64,000 nucleotides of DNA from contig CM052817.1 in assembly GCA_028534125.1 (NCBI GenBank), positions 33,916,001-33,980,000 on the forward strand. The letters run 5' to 3'. The notes under the pieces are model-generated. The model ran no database searches, was not told the DNA's origin, and saw only the letters and a program-made list of their open reading frames with translations. The DNA comes from Lama glama (taxonomy: Eukaryota). The position numbers and the translations under genes are program-made. Shown here one piece after another: positions 50,560 to 62,029 of this stretch (position 1 is its first letter; the number at the start of each line of letters is the position of its first letter).

Positions 50560-50715
50560 TCTAGAATCACTGAGAATCACTGGTGGGGCTTGTTACAAAT
50601 ATACATGTACCTGGAGCCTCAGATTGCTTAGTTCGAGGTTGGGACCTGGAAATCTGTAATTCGTAAGGTTCCTCAGGTGTATCTGGTGATCTGCCATATT
50701 AAGGAAGTACTGGTC
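50560..50715. mobile_element. MER5B-like hAT-Charlie MITE
   Basis: 'agaatcactggtggggcttgttacaaatataca...gggacctggaaatctgta'. Confidence 0.6.
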
Positions 50716-51009
50716 CAGGCGGTTTCAGAGACACTAGAGAGATTTGAAATGGATCTTTCCTCCCATTTCCATCAAACTCAAGCGAGCCTGGAACCTATGT
50801 TGTGAAGCAGGCAAGAGCCCTCCAGGCTGGTTCAGTCCTTACATTCCAATGTGTCAGATTCAAGGTGGATGAGATGGAGATTGGCAGTCAGAGAGCTTGA
50901 GTTCTAGTCATCTTTTTGTTTCCATCCAGCTGTGTACAATCAATCTCACCTGCAGCATAACTGTCTGTAAAATGAAGGATTTGGGCTAAATGGTCCCAAG
51001 ACAAGATTT

Positions 51010-51330
51010 GACGAGAATTGTAAACCATTGGCCTCGGGCCACATCCAGACTGCAGATTGATTTTTCTAGGACCTACATGATGTTTGAAAATGAATTTCAA
51101 TTAGTTTCCCAATAGGGAGATTCCCCCCTCACCCCAAATCTAAATTTTCAACTTCTCTTGGAAAATTGGAAATTTTGGGCAACAACGCACCGTTCATTCT
51201 TACCCAACAACTGTCGCCTGGTAGGGTATGTCATTTTTAAAGAACCATGAGCTCTTGTATTCCAATGGTAACCACAGTTCCCACCCACCAGCCTGTTCAT
51301 ACATTAATGATTCTGCTTGGTACCTGGGAT
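51010..51330. mobile_element. MER102-like hAT-Charlie element
   Basis: 'gggccacatccagactgcagat...aaaatgaatttc...ttagtttcccaa...caacttctcttggaaaattggaa'. Confidence 0.55.
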
Positions 51331-52199
51331 GGTGGCCCTCCTGACTCTTGTCCCAAGGTCATTCTCAAGATTGACATGTCTTGTCTCTAGGTTGTTTCTA
51401 GAGGGCGGGCCCTGTGATCTTAGCTGCTGCTCATTCCTTCTTAATTTTTGAGTCAGGAAAGCAATTTCTACTATTCCTTTTTCAGGACCTAGGGAGTCTT
51501 TAAGGAAGAATCAAGAGTAGGAGCCTGAAGGAACATGGTGTCCGCTTGTTCAGAAAGGATCCAAAGAGCTAAAATTTTTATGTTTACAAATTCCTCAGTA
51601 CAATATACCCAAGTGGGCTTTGTTGAGGCCAAATGTTTGTATCACTGGTTATGTGCCATTCCACCATGAGTAAAGACATTGCTAAATTGCCAGGTTTTTG
51701 CAAATTATAATGACAATTGTACGGCACTGAGTCCAAAATCTGTGTGCCAATATAATAATTACTGCATGACTGGAATTACTGAAAGGAAGTAGCTTTTCTG
51801 GGAAAACAAAAGTGGGAAAATTTCTTTTCTGCTTTTTCAGAACCATCTACAGTTTAAAGATGGGACAGATAGTTGGGGTTGAGGGATGTGGGAAATGCTA
51901 TTGACCTGATATAAACCTGACTGTGAATTAATCAGTCCTCACAGTTATCGGAGGGATTGACCTATTCAGGATATATTTTTCACACCGCTTCTGCCTGAAC
52001 ACCTTCAAAATACTCCACACGTAAAGAGTGGCCAGTGTAGCTATGATTCTCAGCTTCCCAAGGCAAATTAGTGCCAAAGGCACACTCCCTAGGCTCACAT
52101 CACTCAAATCAAACATTTCTTGGTCCCCAATTATGGGCATGAGTCTATGTTATAAGACAGATAAAATCTGAGCCCAGGAGCTAGTGTATGTTACAAGCA

Positions 52200-52680
52200 T
52201 CTATGCAAGTGACAAAAATATCCATTGGATGTTTTAAAGGAGTCTAGTGTTGAGAAATGAACAACATGCTAAGGAAACAGGAGGAAGGTACCATTTAGGA
52301 TGGGCCTGGGAGGATGGGCGGTGTTGGGTGGTGAAATGACAGGAAGCATTTAGGCAAAGGGCCTGACAATAGCACTCATGTTTTATGAACCCTGAAAGTT
52401 CCTGCTATGCCTGGAATGGAAGCTTCTAGGGTGATGAGAGAAATAAAAAGGAGAATTGGCAAGAAATAAGGCTAGAAAGCTAAACTACAGCCAAATCGAG
52501 AAGGTTTGGAATCCCATGCTAAGGCATTGGAGCATTATTTTTAGGTAATAGTGATAGTCACTGAAGGTTTTTGAGATGGACATTGAAATTAGCATATTTT
52601 TATTTTAGCAAAATAACTCTCCCTGTAGCATGCAGTATGGATCGGAGGGGTGGAGTGGCGGTGGGAGGGAGAGACAAAGT
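52200..52680 (-). mobile_element. L2 LINE fragment
   Basis: 'catgctaaggcattgg...gtcactgaaggttttt...ttttagcaaaataactct'. Confidence 0.65.
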
Positions 52681-52862
52681 TATTTTGAGGTTTTTAACTT
52701 AGATTTGTTATCATTTTCTCCCTGAAATCTGAAAGGTCAAATATCTTAATTTTAATATATGAATTTATATTTTGTTTAATGATGTGGTTTAATGTTAATT
52801 TTAGGTTTGAGTAAGAGGCCACCCAGTAAATTGAATTATTTTGTTAAAGTAATACACTCTTT

Positions 52863-53568
52863 TGTATTGAAGCATAGTTGATTTACAATACTATATGAGT
52901 TTCAGGGGCACAGCATAGTGAGTCAATATTTTTTCAGATTATATTCCATAAAAAGTATTATAAGATAATGGTTATAATTCCCCATGCTATACAATACATC
53001 CTTATTACTTATCTATTTTATACATAGTAGTTTGTATCTCTTAATCTCATACCCCTAATTTGGCCCTCCCCTCTTCCCTCTCCTCTGTGGTAACCACTAG
53101 TTTGTTTTCCATGTCTGTGAGTCTGTTTCTGTTTTGCATATATATTCATTTGTATAATTTTTGAAAATTTTACATATAAGTGATACCATACAATATTTAT
53201 CTTTCTCTGCCTGACTTATTTCATTAAGCATAATATCCTCCAGATCCATCCACAGTGCTGTAAATGGCAGAATTTCCTTCTTTTTTATAGTTAATATTCT
53301 ATTTTTTTATGGTATAATATGCACATACCACATCTTGTTTATCCACTCATCTGTTGCTGGACACTTAGGTTACTTCCATATCTTGGCTACTATAAATAGT
53401 GCTGCAAAGAACACTAGGGTGCATGTATCTTTTGAAATTAGTGTTTTCATTTTTTTCTCAATACATACCCAGGAGTGAGATTGCTGGATCACATGGTAGT
53501 CCTATCTTTAGTTTTTTTGAGGAATCTCCATGCTGTTTTCTGTAGCGGCTACATCAATTTACATATTC
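52863..53568 (-). mobile_element. L1 3' fragment of about 700 bp with TSD
   Basis: 'ggtaaccactagtttgttttc', 'tacccaggagtgagattgctggatcacatggtag'; TSD taatacactcttt (52850-52862) / taatatactcttt (53569-53581). Confidence 0.9.
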
Positions 53569-54669
53569 TAATATACTCTTTCATTAAAAAGTAGGATAGC
53601 TAAAAAAACAACCACGGTTAAGTTATTTAAGGATTTCCTTCTCCTCTTTATGAATTTCCTATGGTCTTTTCCTCTTCCTCCTCATTTTCCTTTCACTGAG
53701 TCTAAGCAGTTTGCAGTGACTTTGGACCAGTTGTACAAAGCCTGGGCACTGACGCAGGGATGGTAATGTTTCAGACACAGTTCGGGGGACTGAATGACCC
53801 TCAAGATCCCTGTTCTCTTTTGCTACAGATAGCTGACAGTGTCACAAGACGTATGGGATGGAAACTATCAAGTCAAATGTGGTAATAAGCCAATAAACCA
53901 GAAATCTGATCATGACAAGAAGCAGGAATGCAAAAGAAGAGTAACCCACTGAGAAGGGGGAAAAAACAGAACACACATACTAATATTTCTGGTATGTTTT
54001 ACATTGGTCCATTAACTACAGAACCTGTTTCAGCCTCATGGAAAATGGATGATTTTCAGTAGAGTCTACCAATGACAGACTGGGGAATTTTGAAGGGAGC
54101 CCTGATATATAAAATACAATTACAACCACGTAAAATGTCTTATTGCTGAGTGTGGTACTATTGCACTGCACTGAGACATACTTAAAAGTTCAATTCTTGT
54201 GAAATACGGAAAATGACAGCTGATAAGGACTATAAAGCTGTTTCATGAATTTCACATGACTTGGGATACATTCTGCCCACTGAGATGCAAGGCTGAAGAA
54301 AAATCCCACAGAATGAGGGAAGGCTGAACTTAATATTTCATTATTTTGCTAATACTCTTATTATTTTGGAGAACTATTCACAAGCTGCTTTATAAGTATT
54401 TTCATTAAATAGAGCTATTGCTAATGATGAATCAACATTATCTTCATAAAAATTATACAATTTCAGACCGTTTTAGTTGGAAAGATGGCAAAGAGCAGTG
54501 AGTACACTCACAGAGTTCACATTATGAGCAAAGAAGAGTCACCTGCCTCCAAGTTCCTAGAGGTACCAGTGATGAACACTAGGGCCCTATGACAGCAATT
54601 CTCTGTTATGTAATCAGAAAAATCCACAGCTGATACAAGATTATCTGTTCCTTTCCTACCAATCCACCA

Positions 54670-55120
54670 AGGTTAGGGCCTCTCGAGTCAGACAGGCTTG
54701 GACTGGAAAGCTGCTCTGTTGCTTACTAGCTGTGTGGTTTAGAGCAAGCCTCTAACCTTGCCATGCCTCAGTTTCCAAATCTGTAAAATGGAGACAATAA
54801 TATCCCAGGGTGGTTTTGAGTGTTAATTGAGACAATTCATCTAAAGCAGGGTTTACCAACCTTGTCATTTGGGGCTGGATAATTCTTTGTGGTGGGCGAG
54901 TAGTCCTGGGCACTGTACCATGTTTAGCCACATCCCTGGCCTCCATCCACTAAATGCCAGTACCCTCCCTGTGCTCTCTTCTTCCCTGGACAAAACAATT
55001 AAAATATCTCCAGGCATTGCTAAATGTCCCCTGGTGGGCACAACCACTCCCCTCTCCTCAACCAATGATTTTAATAAGGTACTTGGCACATAGTAAATGC
55101 TCAAAATACATTAAACATTA
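54670..55120 (+). mobile_element. MIR SINE split by MER20
   Basis: MIR core 'gcctcagtttccaaatctgtaaaatggagacaataata' before the insert and 'ttggcacatagtaaatgctca' after it. Confidence 0.8.
54847..55067 (+). mobile_element. MER20 hAT-Charlie MITE
   Basis: 'catttggggctggataattctttgtggtggg...catccctggcctcc...ctccaggcattgctaaatgtcccctgg'. Confidence 0.88.
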
Positions 55121-56156
55121 TTATCATTTTGTATTGTCATCAAGGAATGGTAACTGTGCACACAAGATCTCTTTGTTTCTCTCCTTGGTCTTGGTGAGGA
55201 TGCGCAGACAAATGGTCAAAAGCACAGAGCAGGAAAGGATGAGCCACAATCTGTATCATCAGCTCCTGACAGTTTTATTCAACGTAGTGATTTTCTTTTT
55301 TGCCCCTGCCACTAAGGGAAAGAAGGTGACCCAACCCTTGGATGCTTCCTGAGACTTTTAGATTTTACTAGGCTGTGTAGATGCCCGAGTGAGAGGAACA
55401 TTGTCACATTACCAAGCCGGCTGGATGAGAAAAGGGAAAAAGAGAACATGGTTAAATCACTCACGTGCTCTTCTACAAGTTGCGTTCTGGTGAGCTAAGC
55501 CATCTGGAATGTAATTTCCATGTATTTCTTCACCTCTCACCTTCCACCGTCGCTATTACTTAACCTACTGACCCAGATAGCTGCTGATTAACATTTAATA
55601 CATGTTGAAATGTTAGTGGGCTTTGAACCAAACATGAAGAAGTTTCTGACTTGCTTTTAGCTCTTTGCCCTTGAACCATTTCATGAGTAATTCTTTACAG
55701 CTCTGCTCTGCCATTGCTCTAAACATGGCACATTTTTTTTTAAGATAAAAATGAACAAATTATGAACAGAGTTGCCCTCCCCACCCCCATGCACGCCAGC
55801 TTTCATTCATTTACTGAATGTTGATGGATAGTCAATGCTAAGGTCTCAATGAGCAGACATGGTGGTGGTTTCCCAGTTGCTGTGGTAGGAGAAGCCAGGG
55901 AGGCGGGACCTGGGAGACACAGACAGGTAAATGGGTGATTATAATACAGAGTGAGAAGTGCTCTGACATGGACGGGGTGTCAGAAGTCACATCAACTGAA
56001 ATGCATAGTGGGGCCCCTAACTCAGTCTTTGGGGGTTAGAAATGTGGCCTCCATGTAAAAACAAAAAGAAAATTATCCCCACTGCCCTCATAAATCAATA
56101 AAGTAGGAAAGTAAGTACATAGGTAAGTCATACTGATAATAAAAATACAAAACTCA

Positions 56157-56516
56157 AAACAAAATATCATATGATATCATTTATATGTGGAATCTAAAAG
56201 AAATATACAAATTCTATTTACAAACCCAACAGACTCATGGACATAGAAAATTAACCATGGTTACCAAGGGTGACGGGGGTGGGGGAGGGATAAATTAGGA
56301 GTTTGGGATTAACAGATACATATTACTGTATATAAAATAGATAAACAACAAGGACCTACTGGATAGCACAGGGAAATATATTCAGTATCTTGTAATAACA
56401 TATATTGAAAAGAATCTGAATATATATGTAAGTATATGTACAACTGAATTGCTTTACTGGACATCTGAAACTAACTTTCTAAATTAACTACACTTCAATA
56501 AAAAATAAAATTAAAA
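56157..56516 (+). mobile_element. L1 3'UTR fragment with TSD
   Basis: 'ggttaccaaggg...gggataaattaggagtttgggattaacagatac...cttcaataaaa'; TSD aaaaatacaaaactca (56141-56156) / aaaaatgcaaaactca (56517-56532). Confidence 0.9.
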
Positions 56517-56901
56517 AAAAATGCAAAACTCAGTCAAGGAGGAACCTGGAAGTTGGTGACATCTGAAGTGTGTAGCCCTGGTATATGTAAAATGCAGACG
56601 TATTCGAGGATGGGAATGTTTAATTTGACATTAAGTATTTATGAATTCCCAAGTTCTTTCCAGGAAATAGTTGATGCAGCTAAATTTGGCAGAGGGCCAC
56701 TTATTTTTTTATTTTTTAAATTGTAAAAGTAATACATGAACATACTCGAATAAAAGTTCAAACAGTACAGAAAGAAAAAGGGGAAGAAGTAAACTCTCCT
56801 TCTTCCGTCCCCACCCCCACCCCTTCCCCAACCCTGCTGTCCCTGCCTAAGATGAACAGTTTACAGTTTAGTGTGTATCACTTCAGAAATGTAGTTCTAC
56901 G

Positions 56902-56982
56902 TTAGGTGGAACCAGGTAAAATTGCCATTTTCGTTGGTCAGAAATGGTCAAATTATCAGTACCTGTGTATGAGTCCACCTAA
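56902..56982. mobile_element. MADE2-like Tc1/mariner MITE
   Basis: 81 bp with perfect outer inverted repeat TTAGGTGGA...TCCACCTAA, followed by TA; internal 'aaattgccattttcgttggtcagaaatggtc'. Confidence 0.8.
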
Positions 56983-57789
56983 TATTTCACATGATTTGAG
57001 TCTTCTTCACATATTATTCTGGATGTCCCTTTTTCTTTAACAGCGTATCTTTACACTTCTATGTGAATAAGCAGAGCTCAACTTTATTTCTTCAGCGTGT
57101 AATATCTCTAAAAGGACTATTAAAAAAAATAATAATCCTGAGATGATAAATTAAGACTCTAGAGAAGAGGAGAGGCTGATGATGGCTGAGTTGCTGGAAA
57201 TATTACTCATAATTTGCTACTATTTGAAAAATAAACTGCTCGCCTGAGGTCAGCCTGACTAGAAGGCCCAGTTCTTTCCAAGGGGCCCAGTGTCCATGGT
57301 TAAGAAGCTTTTCAGTTTGCAAACAAAAGAACGCCCCATCCCCGCCACTGTGCTGGGCTGGCTCTCGCTGCCTCGTGTAATTTACCTTTCAGCCGCCCCG
57401 CGTTCTCTGACTGCACTGTGCCGGGCTCCAGGCTGTCTGGGAGAGAGGCCGGCTGGCTCCAAGGCCCAGAGGCCGGAGTCTACGACTCAGACTAAGTTTT
57501 TCTGTTAACAACAAATATTAACTTGGTTTCTGATGACTGCCGGAGTCTGAGGATAGTACCTGATCCTCCTAGATTGGTGTCTAGTATAATTTTTCTTAAT
57601 TGCTATTTTTCATAATCATGCCCTCAGAGGGCAATCTGAGGGGAAACAGCCTTGGATTTATGGTCAGAAAACTTGCCTTTAAACGTCTGCTCTATGGTTT
57701 ATTAAAACAGATAGTCTTTGGCTAAATCACTGCTCCTCACTGAACCACAATTGGTTTTAATAGCTATAAAATTAAGACAGTAAAAAATA

Positions 57790-57980
57790 TCTGTCATTTA
57801 TTGGGTGCTTGCTATATGACGGGTACTGCTTGTAGCACTTTACATATATCAATGCATGTGTCACCACAGCCCTATGAGGTGGTTGTGGTATTATTTTTAT
57901 TCCATTTTACAGATGAGAAAACTGAGGTGCAGAGGTTAAATAACTTGCCCAATGTTACATAGCCAGGGAGTGAGAGGAAT
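57790..57980 (-). mobile_element. MIR SINE
   Basis: 'ccattttacagatgagaaaactgaggtgcagaggttaaataacttgccca'. Confidence 0.88.
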
Positions 57981-58023
57981 GAAAGCCAGAGATGCAATGC
58001 TTTGAGGAAGTTTAAAGAATATG

Positions 58024-58213
58024 TAGATAAACAACAAGGTCCTACTGTGGAGCACAGGGAACTATATTCAATATCTTATAATGACCTATGCAGAAAAAGA
58101 ATATATATATATACATATATATTTACATGTAGAATTGAATCTCTATGCTGTGCACCAGAAATGAACACAACATTGTAAATCAACTATACTTCAATTTTAA
58201 AAAGATATAAAAA
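58024..58213 (+). mobile_element. L1 3'UTR fragment
   Basis: 'agataaacaacaaggtcctactgtggagcacagggaactatattcaatatctt...aaatcaactatacttcaa'; TSD aaagaatatg / aaataatatg. Confidence 0.88.
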
Positions 58214-58529
58214 AAATAATATGAGGGGTTTTAGCATCTCTTCTTGGCCACCAGGACAAAGAGTTGGTGAATTTTTTTTTCCTTCAACTTTTGCCCCCAA
58301 ATCAGAGAATCATAAGCATTTCGATGCTGAATGGAACCTTGGAGACGGTCAAGGGCAAACCTCTCATGTTAAGGGAGAAAGACACTGGGCCCAGAGCACG
58401 GAGTGACTTGGGCAAAGTTCAAGCTTGCTGATGATCCCTGGGGCCATGGATCTTGCTGCTCACTGCCCTCAGTCATGCCCATGGTTTTTTTCCATTTGGT
58501 TAAATACTGTAAACAACTTAAAAAAACAA

Positions 58530-58870
58530 AATATACTGTTCATGGTTAAAAGTTAAACATCTACAATAGTATAATGGACCCCAGGAGTCTCACTATCCAG
58601 CTTCAACAATCGTCAGCTGCTTGGCCAACCTGGCTTCATCTGTATTCCCACCCACTGCCGCCACCTCCTCCCCTAGTCCTCACTGGGTGATTCTGAAGGG
58701 AATCTCAAGCATCACACATTTCATCATAAATACTGTCCATATCTAAACTATATGGACTCTGTTTTTGATGTTACCGCAATGCTATTACCACCCCTTAAAA
58801 ATAATAGTATTGCTTAATGTCTTCAAACAGCCTGTCAGTGTTCAAGTTGCCCCATTTGCCATAGTTAATA
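58530..58870 (-). mobile_element. ancient L1MC4/5-type 3' fragment
   Basis: 'ccagcttcaacaatc...ggccaacctggcttcatctgta', 'cagtgttcaagttgccc'. Confidence 0.6.
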
Positions 58871-58873
58871 TTA

Positions 58874-59000
58874 TTTTTTCTTGGTGGGGGGTGGTAATTA
58901 CATTTATGTATTTATTTATTTTTAATGGAGGTCCTGGGGATTGAACCCAGCACCTCGAGCATGCTCAGCACGCCCTCTACCTCTGAGCTGTAGCTCCCTC
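58874..59000 (-). mobile_element. camelid tRNA-derived SINE (vic-1 type)
   Basis: 'tttaatggaggtcctggggattgaacccagcacctcgagcatgctcagcacgccctctacctctgagct'. Confidence 0.9.
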
Positions 59001-59189
59001 TGCCATTTACTGTTTCAAGAGTTAGTTGGCAGCAAGCAAGTTTTGAACTTTTAACCAAATGCAAGACACTGTGGAGGACACAGGGATGGTGGAAAAACAA
59101 TCCCAACCTTTGGTTCTGAACAGTCAAGTATGAAGTTGAAAACCCTTCTACCAAAGTGGAACAAACATCCACCCTGGCTCACTGGCACC

Positions 59190-59410
59190 GGCTCGCCGGC
59201 TGCCTGGGTTCCAGCCAATCTCCACCACTTACTGCCCAGGTGATCTTAAGGAAGTCACTTGACCTTTCAGTGCTCTTCTCTCGTTATCTGTAAAATGAGG
59301 CTAATGACAGACTAATTTCTAAGGGTTGTTTGGAATAGAAACATGTTACTACAGGCAAACACTTAGATCAGCATATGAAACACCATAATTACTTAATAAA
59401 CATTATTATT
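59190..59410 (+). mobile_element. MIR SINE
   Basis: 'ctgcctgggttcca...ccacttactg...atctgtaaaatgaggctaatgaca'. Confidence 0.8.
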
Positions 59411-61073
59411 ATTACATTCTGAAACAGTTATGATCCATTAATAAGTCTTAAAGGCACTTTATAATAGAAAGGTGGGCAGTTCTGGTTATTATGACATAAA
59501 TAATAATAATACATAATAATAATTGTTATGTATGGTGATAATGATGATGATGATGATGATTTTGGCCAGGATTTCTTTTTTTTAAGGTACAAGTTAGTTA
59601 AAATTAATTGACTTATTGTCAATCACAATTAATGGGCAAGTGATTTTGCACTCGTATTCTTTCTCTCTCTCTCATTTTTATTTGTATTCTCTCTCTGGGT
59701 TCACACCTCCCCCTAAGCTGAGGTCAGAACTCAATCCCTGCAGACGCATCCCCAAGGCATTTCTGTCTTAAAGGGCCCAGGGGATAGAAGAAATCTGATT
59801 CCTAATTGAAAAGAGGTAGCCACAGAGAGGTTGCTATAATCTTTATGCTCAAGATAACCATTCATCCTGGATTGTTTGGTTTCTGGCTGTTGTCCCCTTT
59901 CACTCCCCAAAGCGTCTCAAGCCCCTTCCTTACCCCAGCCTCTCCCCATTTCCACAATCACGGTAACTACCGGAGGGCTACGGGCAAACCAAGACCAGAG
60001 CTACTTCCGACACTGGGAACGGTTTCTGCTACAGCACTGGTGTTACAAAAGCCATGTTCATATTGCTATCCCTTCAATAGTAAAAACAGTTTCTATCATT
60101 CAAGAATGTGGGATGGGTCCCTAATCTGAGATCATTTAATTGCAAATTTTAAGAACTGCAGGTGGATTAAACAATTCTATCCCTCCCTCCCCAATCTGAA
60201 GATCTGATTTATATGTACTTTTTTCTGTGTGTTAAATACGCTTTTTCTCCTGGTATTTACTCGGTCATTGAATGCTTTTAATCGTAAAACAAGTTTTTCT
60301 TTCTTCCTTCCTCCTGCAATGTGACTTCTTTATCAGATCCTAAGGAAAACGTCAAAAGGTAAAAAGGTCATGGCGTTCAGTATGAGATTAAGACAGATTT
60401 GGATTATACAAATTTATGACAACAATAATAATTTCAGAAAAAGAAGCTGGATTTCTTGGAGCCCAAATAAGCCCTGGCAAAATAAAAATTATGGTAAGAG
60501 GATGCATAATTTATCAGTAACTCCATTTTGCAGACACACAGTACCTACTGCGTGCATCGTGGCTTTGTTTTGGGCAAGCCCTTCAGGGAGACCCACAGTT
60601 GAATTACAGCACGGCTTCCTCAAAGATTGTGTTATTTAGTGGAAAGGCTATGACAAGGTTACAAATAATTCTAATATAAGGCAATGAAAGATAACATGAC
60701 TTAAAAGATATCTGAACCATGTGCTGTGGGGGTTTATGGAACACAAATGTGACTCTGAAGTTTAGAAATATTCCTAATTCTGGGAAGTAGCATGGATTTA
60801 GATAAGAGGCCCTATCAAGCTGTTATTTATTTATTCATATTTGTACAATGCTCCAGGCAGAGCAATGGTTGCTGATAAGTATGATAAAATAATCTTTCAG
60901 TGTCATATTTTAAGTACTAAAATGATATATATTTAAGTACTAAATATTAAGTACTAAAAGTATATAAATATACAAAAAAGATTTTAAAATTCACACTGCC
61001 TCCCACAAATTTCCATGTTTTTCTCTGGATTTATCCCTTCCATTTTCTAATGTTCATTCCTCCATCTTGGCTT

Positions 61074-61208
61074 ATTTATTTATTTATTTATTATTTTTAG
61101 GGGGAGGTAATTAGGTTTTTGTTTATTTATTTGACAAAGGTACTGGTGATTGAACCCAGGACCTTGTGCATCTAAGCCTTCGCTCTACCACTGAGCTATA
61201 TCCTCCCC
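61074..61208 (-). mobile_element. camelid tRNA-derived SINE (vic-1 type)
   Basis: 'gggggaggtaattaggttt...ggtactggtgattgaacccaggacctt...ctctaccactgagctata'; TSD core cttggctt at 61066-61073 and 61216-61223. Confidence 0.9.
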
Positions 61209-61559
61209 ACACTGCCTTGGCTTTAGATTCTGTTTTCCTCTCCCCTTTTCAACCATCCTCCTCCACCAGCTGGATTTTCAAAATCTCCCTCTCTGGTGTT
61301 TTCACCTGAGCCTACCAGCTGCTCGAGGCTTCCCAGTCTCCCTTTGATCTCTTGTTCCAATGCCCTCCTTCCTTATACCATTCAATCTCTTGAAAATTTA
61401 TCAAACAATAAATCCCTGGATCTACCTCTGTACCTCTACTGTATTGTTCAACCCACTGCAGCATGAATTCTGGCATCACAAACTGTGTGTTTGTGTCTGT
61501 GTGTGTGAATATGTGTTTAGTCACCAATGACCTCTAGGTTAACTAGAGAAGCAAATTAT

Positions 61560-61740
61560 CACAGGAATGAAGCACAGGGGCTATGAACTCGGCCTGCCAA
61601 GGATTCACATCTTGTAGCAAATTTAGTGCAAGTTACTTAAGTCCCTTGAGCCTCAATTTCCTCATCTGTAAAGTGAGGGAGACCAAGAGTACCTACCTGG
61701 TAGAGTTATTGTGAGGATGAAATGAGTGAGTTGATATAAA
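61560..61740 (+). mobile_element. MIR SINE interrupted at its 3' end by L1
   Basis: 'caagttacttaa...gagcctcaatttcctcatctgtaaagtg...gtacctacc...gttattgtgaggatgaaatgag'. Confidence 0.85.
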
Positions 61741-61748
61741 GAATTTGG

Positions 61749-61988
61749 GGGGTGGGAAGGGATAAACTGGGAGTTTGAGATTTGCAGATACTGACTAATG
61801 TATATAAGTTTATACTGTATTGCACAGGGAAATATATTCAATATCTTGTAGTACTAGCTCATGGTGAAAAAGAATATGAAAATGAATATACGTATATTCA
61901 TATATGACTGAAGCATTGTGCTGTACAACAGAAATTGACACAGCATTGTGAAATGACTATATCTCAATAAAAAAAAAAGAGGGAAAAA
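61749..61988 (+). mobile_element. L1 3'UTR fragment with perfect 11-bp TSD
   Basis: AAAGAATTTGG at 61738-61748 and 61989-61999; body 'gggataaactgggagtttgagatttgcagatac...tcaataaaaaa'. Confidence 0.9.
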
Positions 61989-62029
61989 AAAGAATTTGGA
62001 ATTGGCTAGGCGTTGTCAGTTCTTATTAC

